This document shows positions 18,641 to 27,362 of a stretch of DNA of 64,000 bases, piece by piece. The translations under genes were made by a program, and so were the position numbers. The first letter of the stretch is position 1; each line of letters begins with the position of its first letter. The stretch lies in IMG/VR virus record IMGVR_UViG_3300028734_000011; one strand, given 5' to 3'. The notes under the pieces were generated by a model, which did no database searches, was not told the DNA's origin, and worked only from the letters and a program-made list of their open reading frames with translations. The stretch is from a virus.

Positions 18641-19203
18641 AATATTTAAAACAATTTGAATTGATAAATTTTTATGATGAAAAAGACATATTTAGATATC
18701 TTTATCACTCAGATTTACCAAAAATAAAAGAATTAGTATCTGAGATACCTAATATTAATCTTAATATTAAAGATAAAAATGGCGATACTCCTTTGATATA
18801 TTCTATAAGATTTAGTTTATTTACAATATTTAAATTTTTAATTGAATCAGGAGCAGATATTAATTATACTGATACATTTGGAAATACACCACTAATACTA
18901 GCTGGAAGAAATAAAAAAGAAGAAATGACACAATATTTAATTGAATCAGGCGCTGATTTAGATATCAGAAATAATGATGGTGAAACAGTATTAATTATGT
19001 GTTCTAACTATAAAGATAAAAAGGCATTTAAAATAATTAAAATGCTGATTGAAAATGACGCTGATTGGAATGTATCTGATGATTTAGGTAATACATTTAT
19101 TGAATATTTATATCCTTTGTATAAAAAAGAAATCATAGAAAAATATCCTGATAAATATAGTAATTTTTTAATGATTAAAAATGCAAATAAATTTAACATA
19201 TGA
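18637..19203 (+). CDS. cassette-family protein, ankyrin-repeat subtype
   Basis: N-term MKYLKQFELI, C-term ANKFNI; 3-4 ANK repeats (DKNGDTPLIYSI..LIESGADINYTDTFGNTPLILAG..LIESGADLDIRNNDGETVLIMC). Confidence 0.7.
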   Translation: MKYLKQFELINFYDEKDIFRYLYHSDLPKIKELVSEIPNINLNIKDKNGDTPLIYSIRFSLFTIFKFLIESGADINYTDTFGNTPLILAGRNKKEEMTQYLIESGADLDIRNNDGETVLIMCSNYKDKKAFKIIKMLIENDADWNVSDDLGNTFIEYLYPLYKKEIIEKYPDKYSNFLMIKNANKFNI

Positions 19204-19580
19204 AATATATAAAAGAAATGAATACTTGGTTTAATAAATCAAAAGAAGGAGATTCAATAGTTTCAAGAATTTTTGATATTGTAAAAGAAGAAAATATTAA
19301 AATTTCACATAACGGAGGATATACAATAGAAATAGATGATTATATATATTCTTTTTCACATATAGGCATTTACTCTGTTGGTAAATATAATAAATCACAG
19401 AGAATAATATCAGGTGAATATAAAGGAATTATAACTGGACATCCTATATCAAATCATGAGTTTTCTAATAAATTATGGAAAGAATTGATAAAAATATATG
19501 ACAATCAACAAAAAAATGTAGATGAAGATTTAGATATTCTTAATCCTGTGACACGTTCTTCAAAAAAATTTAACATATGA
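19200..19580 (+). CDS. cassette-family protein
   Basis: N-term MKYIKEMNTW, C-term SKKFNI. Confidence 0.55.
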   Translation: MKYIKEMNTWFNKSKEGDSIVSRIFDIVKEENIKISHNGGYTIEIDDYIYSFSHIGIYSVGKYNKSQRIISGEYKGIITGHPISNHEFSNKLWKELIKIYDNQQKNVDEDLDILNPVTRSSKKFNI

Positions 19581-19978
19581 AATACATAAAGAAATTTGAA
19601 AGTGAAAGAGACGATTATATAAGAGATGTTAGAAATATTCAAAAAAAGGCTGATAACGATATAAAAAAAGCATATAAGGTCATGAAGAAATATATATTAT
19701 TTCATGATGTGAAGAAATTTATTGAATCTGGTATATATTTCATATTAGAAAAAGATAGAATAGAAGCTTGCTATGATCACACAAATCTTTTTATAGTAAC
19801 AAAGAAATTATATACATATAATTTAAATACAGATAAATTAAAAAATAATAAAAAACAAGGAATGTATTATAATTTATCAGAAACTAGTCTTAGTTATATA
19901 ATGAAAGATTCGGATGATTTACAAGAATTATTAGATTGCCTGCCTTCACTAAAAAATGTAAATAAATTTAACTTATGA
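19577..19978 (+). CDS. cassette-family protein
   Basis: N-term MKYIKKFESE, C-term VNKFNL. Confidence 0.6.
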   Translation: MKYIKKFESERDDYIRDVRNIQKKADNDIKKAYKVMKKYILFHDVKKFIESGIYFILEKDRIEACYDHTNLFIVTKKLYTYNLNTDKLKNNKKQGMYYNLSETSLSYIMKDSDDLQELLDCLPSLKNVNKFNL

Positions 19979-20448
19979 AATATATAAAATCATTTGAAAA
20001 TAATTTTACTGACATATTTAAAAAAAGAAAAAAATTACCTATTGAGGTTATTAATTTTAGTGAAATATTAACTAAAACTATAGAAAAAGCTATAGATAAT
20101 GATTGGGATGTTTATTCAAATATATATGGAATTAATAATAAAAAGTATTACGATATAATAAGTATTTTTGTTGATCCACATGATTTAGATGACGCAGCAG
20201 AAGTTGTAGAGTTACATTATAATCTTAGTAGAAATGCAATTCTTTATTGTTATCATCCAAAAATGAATTTCATGGAAAATATTCAAAATTTTTTATCTGA
20301 TATTATACGCAATAGTTCATGTGAAGATATATCGGTAAAGAATGATAATAGATATTGGATTCCATTAGATAAATTACCTGAAATAATAAATAAAATAAAT
20401 GATACAAATTTCGAATTGTTTAAAATGACAAATAAATTTAACTTATGA
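19975..20448 (+). CDS. cassette-family protein
   Basis: N-term MKYIKSFENN, C-term TNKFNL. Confidence 0.6.
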   Translation: MKYIKSFENNFTDIFKKRKKLPIEVINFSEILTKTIEKAIDNDWDVYSNIYGINNKKYYDIISIFVDPHDLDDAAEVVELHYNLSRNAILYCYHPKMNFMENIQNFLSDIIRNSSCEDISVKNDNRYWIPLDKLPEIINKINDTNFELFKMTNKFNL

Positions 20449-20891
20449 AATACTTAAAACGGTTTGAAAGTATAGTAGAAGTACTAAAGTATAATGATAA
20501 AGGACTTAGCTTACTACCAGAGTTACCAGATACAGCAAAAGAATTATATTGTTATCATAATCACTTGGTCAGGTTACCAAAATTACCAAGTTCATTAGAA
20601 ATATTGTCATGTTTTGGTAATGATTTGCGTGAACTACCTACTTTACCATATACAATAAAAAAAATATTTTGTTATTCAAATAATTTATCTGAATTGCCAG
20701 TATTACCTTATTCATTAGAAATTTTGAATTGTTGTGATAATAATTTAACTGAGTTACCAATTCTTCCAGAGTCACTAACACTATTAGTATGCACTGGAAA
20801 TAAATTACCCTATAATAATTTGTATGAATACAAAAAATGGCAAGAAATAAATATGCCTGATGTTTCGATGTCTAAAAAATTCAACTTATAA
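20445..20891 (+). CDS. cassette-family protein, LPX-type leucine-rich-repeat subtype
   Basis: N-term MKYLKRFESI, C-term SKKFNL; about five 20-aa repeats LPxLPxxLxxLxCxxNxLxx (LPELPDTAKELYCYHNHLVRLPKLPSSLEILSCFGNDLRELPTLPYTIKKIFCYSNNLSELPVLPYSLEILNCCDNNLTELPILPESL) like YopM/IpaH/SspH-type LRRs. Confidence 0.65.
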   Translation: MKYLKRFESIVEVLKYNDKGLSLLPELPDTAKELYCYHNHLVRLPKLPSSLEILSCFGNDLRELPTLPYTIKKIFCYSNNLSELPVLPYSLEILNCCDNNLTELPILPESLTLLVCTGNKLPYNNLYEYKKWQEINMPDVSMSKKFNL

Positions 20892-20892
20892 T

Positions 20893-21273
20893 ATGAAATA
20901 CATAAAAACTTTTGAATATAAAAAGAAAAAATATTATACTATTGAAAATGAATTAATTGATGCTGTATATAATAATCAGTATTCTAAAGTTAAAAGATTA
21001 TTAGATTCTGGATTTGATATTAATAGTACAGTAGTTGGAGAAAAAAATAATGCATTATTATATGCTTCGTATAAAGGATATTGGAGTATTTTATATCTAT
21101 TATTAAAATATAATCCTGATTGGTATGTAAAAGATGATAGTAAAACAGATTTTATTCAATTGATAGAGGAACATTTATATGGAGATAAAGTAATAGAAAA
21201 AATAAGAAAAAAATATTCAGAAAAATATGAAGAGTATTTAATGAAAAAAAACATAGAAAAATTTAATTTATAA
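20893..21273 (+). CDS. cassette-family protein, ankyrin-repeat subtype
   Basis: Track ORF 20860..21273 trimmed to the family start MKYIKTFEYK at 20893; C-term IEKFNL; ANK-like (LLDSGFDINSTVVGEKNNALLYAS). Confidence 0.6.
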   Translation: MKYIKTFEYKKKKYYTIENELIDAVYNNQYSKVKRLLDSGFDINSTVVGEKNNALLYASYKGYWSILYLLLKYNPDWYVKDDSKTDFIQLIEEHLYGDKVIEKIRKKYSEKYEEYLMKKNIEKFNL

Positions 21274-21275
21274 TT

Positions 21276-21587
21276 ATGAAAATTCAAAAATTCGATGAGC
21301 ATCATTTTACTACATTTAATGGAGAAATGTTATTAGCAGGTAAATCTAAATATCCAGTAGGCACTAAAATCAAATTTAAAGATGAAGGTGAATACTTAAC
21401 TGGCACTTTGACACATCCATTTGGTTATTGTAATGGTGATGTTGGAGTGTATTTAGATCAAAAAGGAAAGTATGTGGATGATAGATTGTGCTTAAAAAAT
21501 AGAGAATATATAGTAATTGATGATGATGTTGAAGAATATATGAAAGATAATACATTTAAAACAGATATAAAAAAATTCAATTTATAA
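21276..21587 (+). CDS. cassette-family protein (divergent N-terminus), last of array 2
   Basis: N-term MKIQKFDEHH, C-term IKKFNL. Confidence 0.5.
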   Translation: MKIQKFDEHHFTTFNGEMLLAGKSKYPVGTKIKFKDEGEYLTGTLTHPFGYCNGDVGVYLDQKGKYVDDRLCLKNREYIVIDDDVEEYMKDNTFKTDIKKFNL

Positions 21588-21633
21588 GTGAAATAGCTTA
21601 TAATGCGTATTTATAAGTGAAATAGCTTATAAC

Positions 21634-21678
21634 AAAAAAATCCTATCTGATTTTTCAATTAGATAGGATTTTTTTTAT
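21634..21678. terminator. bidirectional intrinsic terminator
   Basis: AAAAAAATCCTATCT-gatttttcaatt-AGATAGGATTTTTTTT; preceded by a 20-nt direct repeat ATAAGTGAAATAGCTTATAA x2 (21587-21640). Confidence 0.6.
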
Positions 21679-21689
21679 ATTGCTTGAGA

Positions 21690-22650
21690 ATACAGCATTA
21701 TAGAGAAGAACTTTAGAAACTATTATTTTTTCTGCTTCTTTTCCACCAATCTTTTGAATTGGTACTCCTCCAATGACGGTCAATTAGATTCACCACTCCT
21801 TTTGTTGTTAGATACTCTCTTAATAATCATTACTCATCTAGAATGCCTTCCAGATTAAATCTTGCGGATTTAGAGAACTTTCTTAAAAATCATGTTAGAC
21901 TTGGGGTCTTTCACGGCTATAACGAATTTCTTCTCATAACTAGTAGTCACCTATCTCCAACAACAGTCGAACTCTTTTCCTTTATTTGTTTATTTTAATT
22001 TTGCATTAAATTTGCAGTTAAAGTTTGTTTTGTGGATGATGAAAGTAGTGGTTCGACAACCAGATTCTCCATCTTTTGAACGGAGCTATACTAAACTACT
22101 CTCTGAGATATCCCTACCTCCATATTTTAAGTTAACTAAGACACTCTCATATCCTTTGGTAAAGATAGGGTAACCTTAATAACAGCACCACCTGTACATT
22201 GGATTACAATCTTATTTACCTTTCGGTTTTAAGCCAACTTTTATATTGGATAACGCAATTACACAACTGGAAATCGTGTTTCTTGCAATAATCCTTCAGG
22301 TTATTCTTATTGATGTTCCCATCTCACTTAGACTACCCACATAGCCCTTGCATTAAACCACTTTCTCTATAGTGTTACCCTCGATAATTAAGGTTTAATG
22401 ATATCCTGATTGTCTGCTCGAACACTAAATGAATATTACTAACAAATTTTTATAACTAATAACTATTATTCACATAATTGAATGTTTTATATAAACTCAC
22501 CGAAGTAAGTTTATTTACGAACAATTATATGTCAAACTATTAGCCTAATAATCTGTTAAATAATAAATCATTTGATGTCGCAAATATATAGAAACAACTA
22601 CATATTCACTTTATCCTACTTTCGTAGTTTATTTAATGACTACAGACAGC
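21690..22650 (-). rRNA. degenerate small-subunit rRNA-like segment (3' half), possibly a pseudogene or captured fragment
   Basis: ORF-free and GC-elevated. The minus strand shows SSU-like motifs in the correct colinear order:
- CAGATTATTAGGCTAATAGT (cf. CAGGATTAGATACCCTGGTAGT)
- TAATTATCGAGGG (cf. AATTGACGGGGG)
- AGTGGTTTAATGCAAG (cf. TGTGGTTTAATTCGATGCAACG)
- AAGAATAACCTGA (cf. GAAGAACCTTACC)
- ACAGGTGGTGCTG (cf. ACAGGTGGTGCATGG)
- TTAGTTAACTT (cf. TTGGGTTAAGT)
- GGAGGTAGGGATAT (cf. GGAGGAAGGTGGGGAT)
- TCTGGTTGTCGAACC (cf. TCTGCAACTCGACTCC)
- GGTGAAT...ACCGTCATTGGAGGAG (cf. GGTGAATACG...CCCGTCACACCATGGGAG)
The universally conserved ACACCGCCCGTC core is truncated and there is no anti-SD tail. 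Confidence 0.4.
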
Positions 22651-23084
22651 CAAATATTTTCAATTTTACAAAGAACGCTTTTAAATAAAAAACAAACATT
22701 TAGATTATAGTAAATTTTTATACTATCATTTCTTAACTAAAAGAATTTAGATCTAATAAAAGGAACTAACCTCTTAAACTTGTAAATTAACCATTTTCAT
22801 AGTTATATTTACTAATAAATCTAAATGTATTGTTTCTTGTTGTTTTTCAAGTACTTTTACTTGAAAATGACACAAATCTATTTCAGTCCTTTTGTTCTTC
22901 ACAGAACTTTTTTCAGTGGAACAATAAACATTATTATGTTCATTATATTTACTTTTGTAATATCAATCCTTGAATCTTTATTACTTCTGCAATATTTACT
23001 TCTGCAATATTAATCATACACTTTTGCAAGCTTCAAGTTGGCTTTTGCCTTTGATTATTTTTATTGCTTTTTCAATTATTAATG

Positions 23085-23153
23085 TCTAAGTGTGTTTATT
23101 TGCACTATCTCCTTTTGCAAGCTTCAAGGTGGTTTCTGTACCATTAGATTTTT
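23085..23153. repeat. repeat module A, copy 1
   Basis: TCTAAGTGTGTTTATTTGCACTATCTCCTTTTGCAAGCTTCAAGGTGGTTTCTGTACCATTAGATTTT; five near-full copies plus a partial copy at 23021-23049. Confidence 0.7.
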
Positions 23154-23264
23154 AGTTGGTTATACAACATTTACTGTCATGATATTAATAATTACTCATA
23201 CCATCAATAAAGTTGGTTATCATAGATTATTTTTCACTTTTTCAATTATTAATATCTAAGTATG

Positions 23265-23330
23265 ATCAATTACACTTAATCCTTTTGCAAGCTTCAAGGT
23301 GGTTTTTATCTAATTAGATATTAAATTGTA
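23265..23330. repeat. repeat module A, copy 2 (divergent 5' part)
   Basis: ...CCTTTTGCAAGCTTCAAGGTGGTTTTTATCTAATTAGATA. Confidence 0.6.
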
Positions 23331-23349
23331 TAAGCAAGATAATTAATAT

Positions 23350-23417
23350 ATAAGTTGTGTTCATTTGCACTATCATCCTCTTGCAAGCTTCAAGGTGGTT
23401 TTTGTACCATTATATTT
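23350..23417. repeat. repeat module A, copy 3
   Basis: GTGTTCATTTGCACTATCATCCTCTTGCAAGCTTCAAGGTGGTTTTTGTACCATTATATTTT. Confidence 0.7.
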
Positions 23418-23424
23418 TCATTGC

Positions 23425-23545
23425 TTCAATCTGAAATTTGATTTGTTTCATTATTGTAGTTCAAAATTACAAAAAGTTTTTTGTTTTACCAAATATTTAA
23501 TGTTAAAGTTTTGAACTTTTTTTATCAAGTACTCTTACTTGAATG
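23425..23545. repeat. repeat module B, copy 1 (with flanking sub-modules)
   Basis: CAATCTGAAATTTGATTTGTTT + ATTGTAGTTCAAAATTACAAAAAGTTTTTTGTTTTACCAAATATTTAATGTTAAAGTTTTGAACT (9-bp inverted ends AGTTCAAAA/TTTTGAACT) + CAAGTACTCTTACTTGA hairpin. Confidence 0.7.
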
Positions 23546-23662
23546 AGTATTAAAAAATAAAATCATTTATAAGTTCTTTTATCTTCTCAGATTAGAAAAA
23601 ATAAACTTTAAATCATATTTATTCTTGTAACTTTACAAATCTGCGAAATGTATTATTATAAA

Positions 23663-23730
23663 TCTAAGAGTGTTCATTTGCACTATCTCCTTTTGCAAGC
23701 TTCAAGGTGGTTTTTATACCATTAGATTAT
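23663..23730. repeat. repeat module A, copy 4
   Basis: TCTAAGAGTGTTCATTTGCACTATCTCCTTTTGCAAGCTTCAAGGTGGTTTTTATACCATTAGATTAT. Confidence 0.7.
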
Positions 23731-23760
23731 CCATTAAATATGAATTGTGATTTTCTTTTT

Positions 23761-23847
23761 TATTATAGTGTGAAATTACAAAAAGTTTTTTGTTTTACCA
23801 AATATTTAATGTTAAAGTTTCAAACTATTTTCAAGTACTCCTACTTG
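23761..23847. repeat. repeat module B, copy 2
   Basis: TATAGTGTGAAATTACAAAAAGTTTTTTGTTTTACCAAATATTTAATGTTAAAGTTTCAAACT...CAAGTACTCCTACTTGA. Confidence 0.65.
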
Positions 23848-24497
23848 ATTTTTTATTCAAGGAATTTTAATTAAACAATTTTTTTAAATATCATATTAAA
23901 ATTAACTACTCTTTTTCAAGAGATTTAAATTAATTTTTTTACAATTATCAAATTTTATAAGATAATCAAAACTCTCTTGTTTTGGTTATGAATATCAATA
24001 GTGGAACTTACTTAAAACCGAAGTTTGTTTTTCAGTGTTGAAATCAATATTCATAGTGAAGATAGATGGAGTTGAACCCAGTGTCAGTAACACTTGCCTT
24101 CTGCACAATTTGAATCGTGCTGCACCCTGTGTGCTTATCTTCATCATTTTTTATAATTTAATCAATAGTCAGTTCTTGTAGTGAAAGTAATAGCAGTCAG
24201 TCACATATCATCTAACATTAGGATTTATAATATTCCAAATTTAATTCAAATATTGTATTTCCACGGTGTAGTTACTATTTACATTTATAACAAGATAAGT
24301 TCTACATAACTTATATATCTACTTCAACGGATATTTATCTTTGATAGTTTTTTTATTGTATAAGATTACAATCTTATCATTAATTCACCATTCACACTTT
24401 CAGATTCATCTTTTTTAATACATCTTCTTATAAATATATTATTAGATAAGTTACTAATGCTGATATTTCTTGTTTAAATCTGATTTTTTGATTTAAA

Positions 24498-24585
24498 TTA
24501 TTGTAGTTCAAAATTACAAAAAGTTTTCTGTTTTGCCAAATATTTTTGTTATTTTTTATACATTTTCTCAAGTACTTTTACAAGA
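24498..24585. repeat. repeat module B, copy 3 (divergent 3' half)
   Basis: ATTGTAGTTCAAAATTACAAAAAGTTTTCTGTTTTGCCAAATATTTTTG...CAAGTACTTTTACAAGAG. Confidence 0.6.
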
Positions 24586-24743
24586 GATTTTTTTAAAATC
24601 AAATCATTTTCAGTTCTTTTATCTTCACAGATTAGAAACAATAAATTTTCATTTATTATATTTACTTTTTAAATTCTGTATTTTATTTTTCACTATAAAA
24701 AATTACTTAAAAATAGTGAGTTTTTTATTACAAAATTTAATTA

Positions 24744-24813
24744 ATCTAAGTGTGTTCATTTGCACTATCATCCTCTTGCAAGCTTTAAGGTGGTTTCTAT
24801 ACCATTAGATTTT
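24744..24813. repeat. repeat module A, copy 5
   Basis: TCTAAGTGTGTTCATTTGCACTATCATCCTCTTGCAAGCTTTAAGGTGGTTTCTATACCATTAGATTTT. Confidence 0.7.
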
Positions 24814-24816
24814 TTT

Positions 24817-24915
24817 CAATCTGAAATTTGATTTGTTTTTATTGTAGTTCAAAATTACAAAAAGTTTTTTGTTTTACCAAATATTTAATGTTAAAGTTTT
24901 GAACTTTTTTTATCA
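24817..24915. repeat. repeat module B, copy 4
   Basis: CAATCTGAAATTTGATTTGTTT + ATTGTAGTTCAAAATTACAAAAAGTTTTTTGTTTTACCAAATATTTAATGTTAAAGTTTTGAACT. Confidence 0.7.
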
Positions 24916-24952
24916 TTTTAAATTATGATTTTTTACAATCACTTTTCATTTG

Positions 24953-25105
24953 ATATTGTAGTGCAAAATTACAAAAAGTTTTTTGTTTTACCAAATATTT
25001 AATGTTAAAGTTTTGAACTTTATTTTCAAGTACTCTTACTTGATGTTTTTGTTTTGTTTGTAGTACAAAAGTATAAAAAGTTTTTGAAACTACCAAACAT
25101 TTATA
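24953..25105. repeat. repeat module B, copy 5 plus a degenerate sixth copy
   Basis: ATTGTAGTGCAAAATTACAAAAAGTTTTTTGTTTTACCAAATATTTAATGTTAAAGTTTTGAACT...CAAGTACTCTTACTTGA, then degenerate TGTAGTACAAAAGTATAAAAAGTTTTTGAAACTACCAAACATTT. Confidence 0.6.
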
Positions 25106-25124
25106 GATAAATTTTAAAATATTT

Positions 25125-25577
25125 TCAAATTTGAATATTTCTATTCCAAGGACGACCTATATTTCTATCACTTTTTGTTTTATGTTTTATAATTTTTTCA
25201 GATTCATCTAAATCTTCAAACCCATTATAATATTTACATAAATCATTCAATGAATAGAACACTAGTATATTATTAGTAATAGCAAATTCTACTTCATTGT
25301 CTGCTCCACTTGAATCTCCTGGTAATCTTAAAATGCAATCACACACTGGAATCCATTCAAAGTCCAATTTTAACCAATCTTCATATGGTCTTGGATGAGC
25401 CATATGCTGAAAATGTGAATATAATGGAGTAAATGGTACAAATCCTTTATTCATCAATTCATCTGCAGTATCCATTTGTGTTTTTACATTAACTGCAACA
25501 TCACCTTTTGTATATGGTGAAGCTATATAAACTTTAATCATATTTTTATTTCTTTTTTTTAATATATATGGTATCAT
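25125..25577 (-). CDS. nucleoside 2-deoxyribosyltransferase-like protein (tentative)
   Basis: 150 aa; KVYIASPYTKGD...FTPL...DW(L)..D...I..CD.ILRLPGDSSGADNEVEFA fits the Rossmann-like NDT/Rcl/DUF4406 pattern. Confidence 0.45.
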   Translation of the reverse strand: MIPYILKKRNKNMIKVYIASPYTKGDVAVNVKTQMDTADELMNKGFVPFTPLYSHFQHMAHPRPYEDWLKLDFEWIPVCDCILRLPGDSSGADNEVEFAITNNILVFYSLNDLCKYYNGFEDLDESEKIIKHKTKSDRNIGRPWNRNIQI

Positions 25578-26103
25578 GAAAAATATAAAAAGTTTTGATA
25601 GATTTAATGAAAATGTACTAACTGATGGATTTACACCAGAAAATGCAAGATATAATGCAGGAATAAAAGCAAATAAAATAATAGATAATCTTAAAAATTT
25701 ATTGTTGCCAATAGGAAAATTAACAGAACAAGTTGTTACTAAGTCAATTGATTCAATAAATTCACTAAATAGAATAATTAATGACGAAATTATTGATGAT
25801 AATGCAATGATAACTCAATTAAAAAAATCAGATCCTACAGATACAATATTCAATGTTATAAAAAATATTGAAGTTAATCCAAATGGTATAAATAGATCTA
25901 CAAATAAATACTCAGCAACAATAAATTCGTTATGGTTAGGAGGGAAAAAATATGATTTAATAGTAAAGCCATTATCATTTTGGTTGAATATGGCAAAAAA
26001 GGATAGAGAAACTGAAAATAAAATATCTAATCAGCTATGTGGTTGGATTAATAGTAATATAAATTTAACAATTGAATCATTAAAAAAAATAACACACAAA
26101 TGA
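25576..26103 (+). CDS. hypothetical protein
   Basis: 175-aa ORF; divergent from the 25125 gene (starts overlap back-to-back). Confidence 0.4.
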   Translation: MKNIKSFDRFNENVLTDGFTPENARYNAGIKANKIIDNLKNLLLPIGKLTEQVVTKSIDSINSLNRIINDEIIDDNAMITQLKKSDPTDTIFNVIKNIEVNPNGINRSTNKYSATINSLWLGGKKYDLIVKPLSFWLNMAKKDRETENKISNQLCGWINSNINLTIESLKKITHK

Positions 26104-26639
26104 ATAAAACAATTAAAATAATATTAATAATTTTGGCTGTTTTGTCTTTAATATTTATAGTTTATAAAATTGCAACTATTAAAGATAAGTCATTTAGTAA
26201 AATTGAAATTACTAATTATCATCACATATATAACTTAACAAACAAACCATATTTAGATACAATAGTAGAATCAGGATTACTATCTCTAAAAATTGATACC
26301 GTTACAGTTATAATAAAAAATATCGAATTGAAATCAACAGTAATTAATAATGAGGACATTGAACTAAAAGCATATATAGTTGATTCTAATGGAATATATT
26401 ACATATTTATTGGTGATTATAATAGAAGTGAAAATATTCGCATATTATCTCATGAATTGATTCATTTAAAACAATATTATGATAAAACTTTATTTATTAG
26501 TAGAACAGGAGTTTATTATTGGTTGAATGAATCTATTGATATATCAGACATTGATTATAATCAAAGACCTTGGGAAATAGAAGCATTTGATGGAGAATCA
26601 GTTAACTCTAATAATATGAAGAAAATTTTATATAAATGA
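26100..26639 (+). CDS. membrane-anchored protein with HExxH motif (putative zinc metallopeptidase)
   Basis: N-terminal TM helix (IKIILIILAVLSLIFIVYKI); LSHELIHLKQ contains HExxH; ATGA overlap with upstream gene. Confidence 0.4.
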   Translation: MNKTIKIILIILAVLSLIFIVYKIATIKDKSFSKIEITNYHHIYNLTNKPYLDTIVESGLLSLKIDTVTVIIKNIELKSTVINNEDIELKAYIVDSNGIYYIFIGDYNRSENIRILSHELIHLKQYYDKTLFISRTGVYYWLNESIDISDIDYNQRPWEIEAFDGESVNSNNMKKILYK

Positions 26640-26640
26640 G

Positions 26641-26988
26641 TTATAAATTGAATTTTTTAGAATCATTAGTTATATTATAAATCTCAGGAGTAGTAAATTT
26701 GTTTGGAAAAAAAAGTTTATCAGATCCGTCATCTTTATCATTAATAACATATCCATTTTCAGTTTTAATTGAAATTAAATCACCTTTTCCTATTGTATCA
26801 ACATCTAAATAATATCTATGTCCATTATTTTCTGAATACTTCACAATAGAATTTATAATAAATATATCACCTTCTTTTAAATAGTTAGACTGGTGACCTA
26901 CATATATAATTTTATCTCCTATTTTTAAATCATTTAAATATTCAGGAGTATAATTTTTTATTTCAAATATTTTAAATTTTGTTATCAT
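26641..26988 (-). CDS. cassette-family protein (minus-strand array 3, MITKFK N-terminus)
   Basis: MITKFKIFEIKNYTPEYLNDLKIGDKIIYV... C-term SKKFNL. Confidence 0.55.
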   Translation of the reverse strand: MITKFKIFEIKNYTPEYLNDLKIGDKIIYVGHQSNYLKEGDIFIINSIVKYSENNGHRYYLDVDTIGKGDLISIKTENGYVINDKDDGSDKLFFPNKFTTPEIYNITNDSKKFNL

Positions 26989-27362
26989 ATATTGAATTTT
27001 TTTGAATTTGATAAATATTCCAAATCTGATTTTTTATCAGATAGAAATTTTATTTCTGTCCTGGTTACAGTTACTGAATTTTCATATTTTTTATTTGGAT
27101 CATTATCGTGACATTGTATTTGAAATGAATGTTTTAAATTATCTGGAATATAATCATATTGAATAACATAATTATCAAAACGTTCTCTTATATTTAGAAT
27201 ATCTATTATCTGTCCAACATTAGATGATGTAAAATCACTTAACATAGGAAATGATTCACTTTCACAAATAACGTAATCTCCTATTTTATAATCTTTAACT
27301 AATATTTTTTTAGTTTTTGGCGATTTTTTTATTGTTTCATATAGTTTAAATTTAGTTATCAT
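26985..27362 (-). CDS. cassette-family protein (array 3)
   Basis: MITKFKLYET...YKIGDYVICE... C-term SKKFNI; ATGA overlaps. Confidence 0.55.
   Translation of the reverse strand: MITKFKLYETIKKSPKTKKILVKDYKIGDYVICESESFPMLSDFTSSNVGQIIDILNIRERFDNYVIQYDYIPDNLKHSFQIQCHDNDPNKKYENSVTVTRTEIKFLSDKKSDLEYLSNSKKFNI

Noticed and set aside
22825-24808. Track ORFs 22825..23013 and 24533..24808 inside the repeat island
   Set aside because: Hydrophobic low-complexity translations of repeat DNA. They straddle repeat modules and have no start context like other genes.
22980-25110. Possible CRISPR array (repeated ~65-nt units in a non-coding region)
   Set aside because: Units are too long (60-120 nt) and are of at least three different kinds. 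Spacing is irregular (about 90 to more than 1000 nt). Units contain internal dyad symmetry, and no cas genes are nearby.
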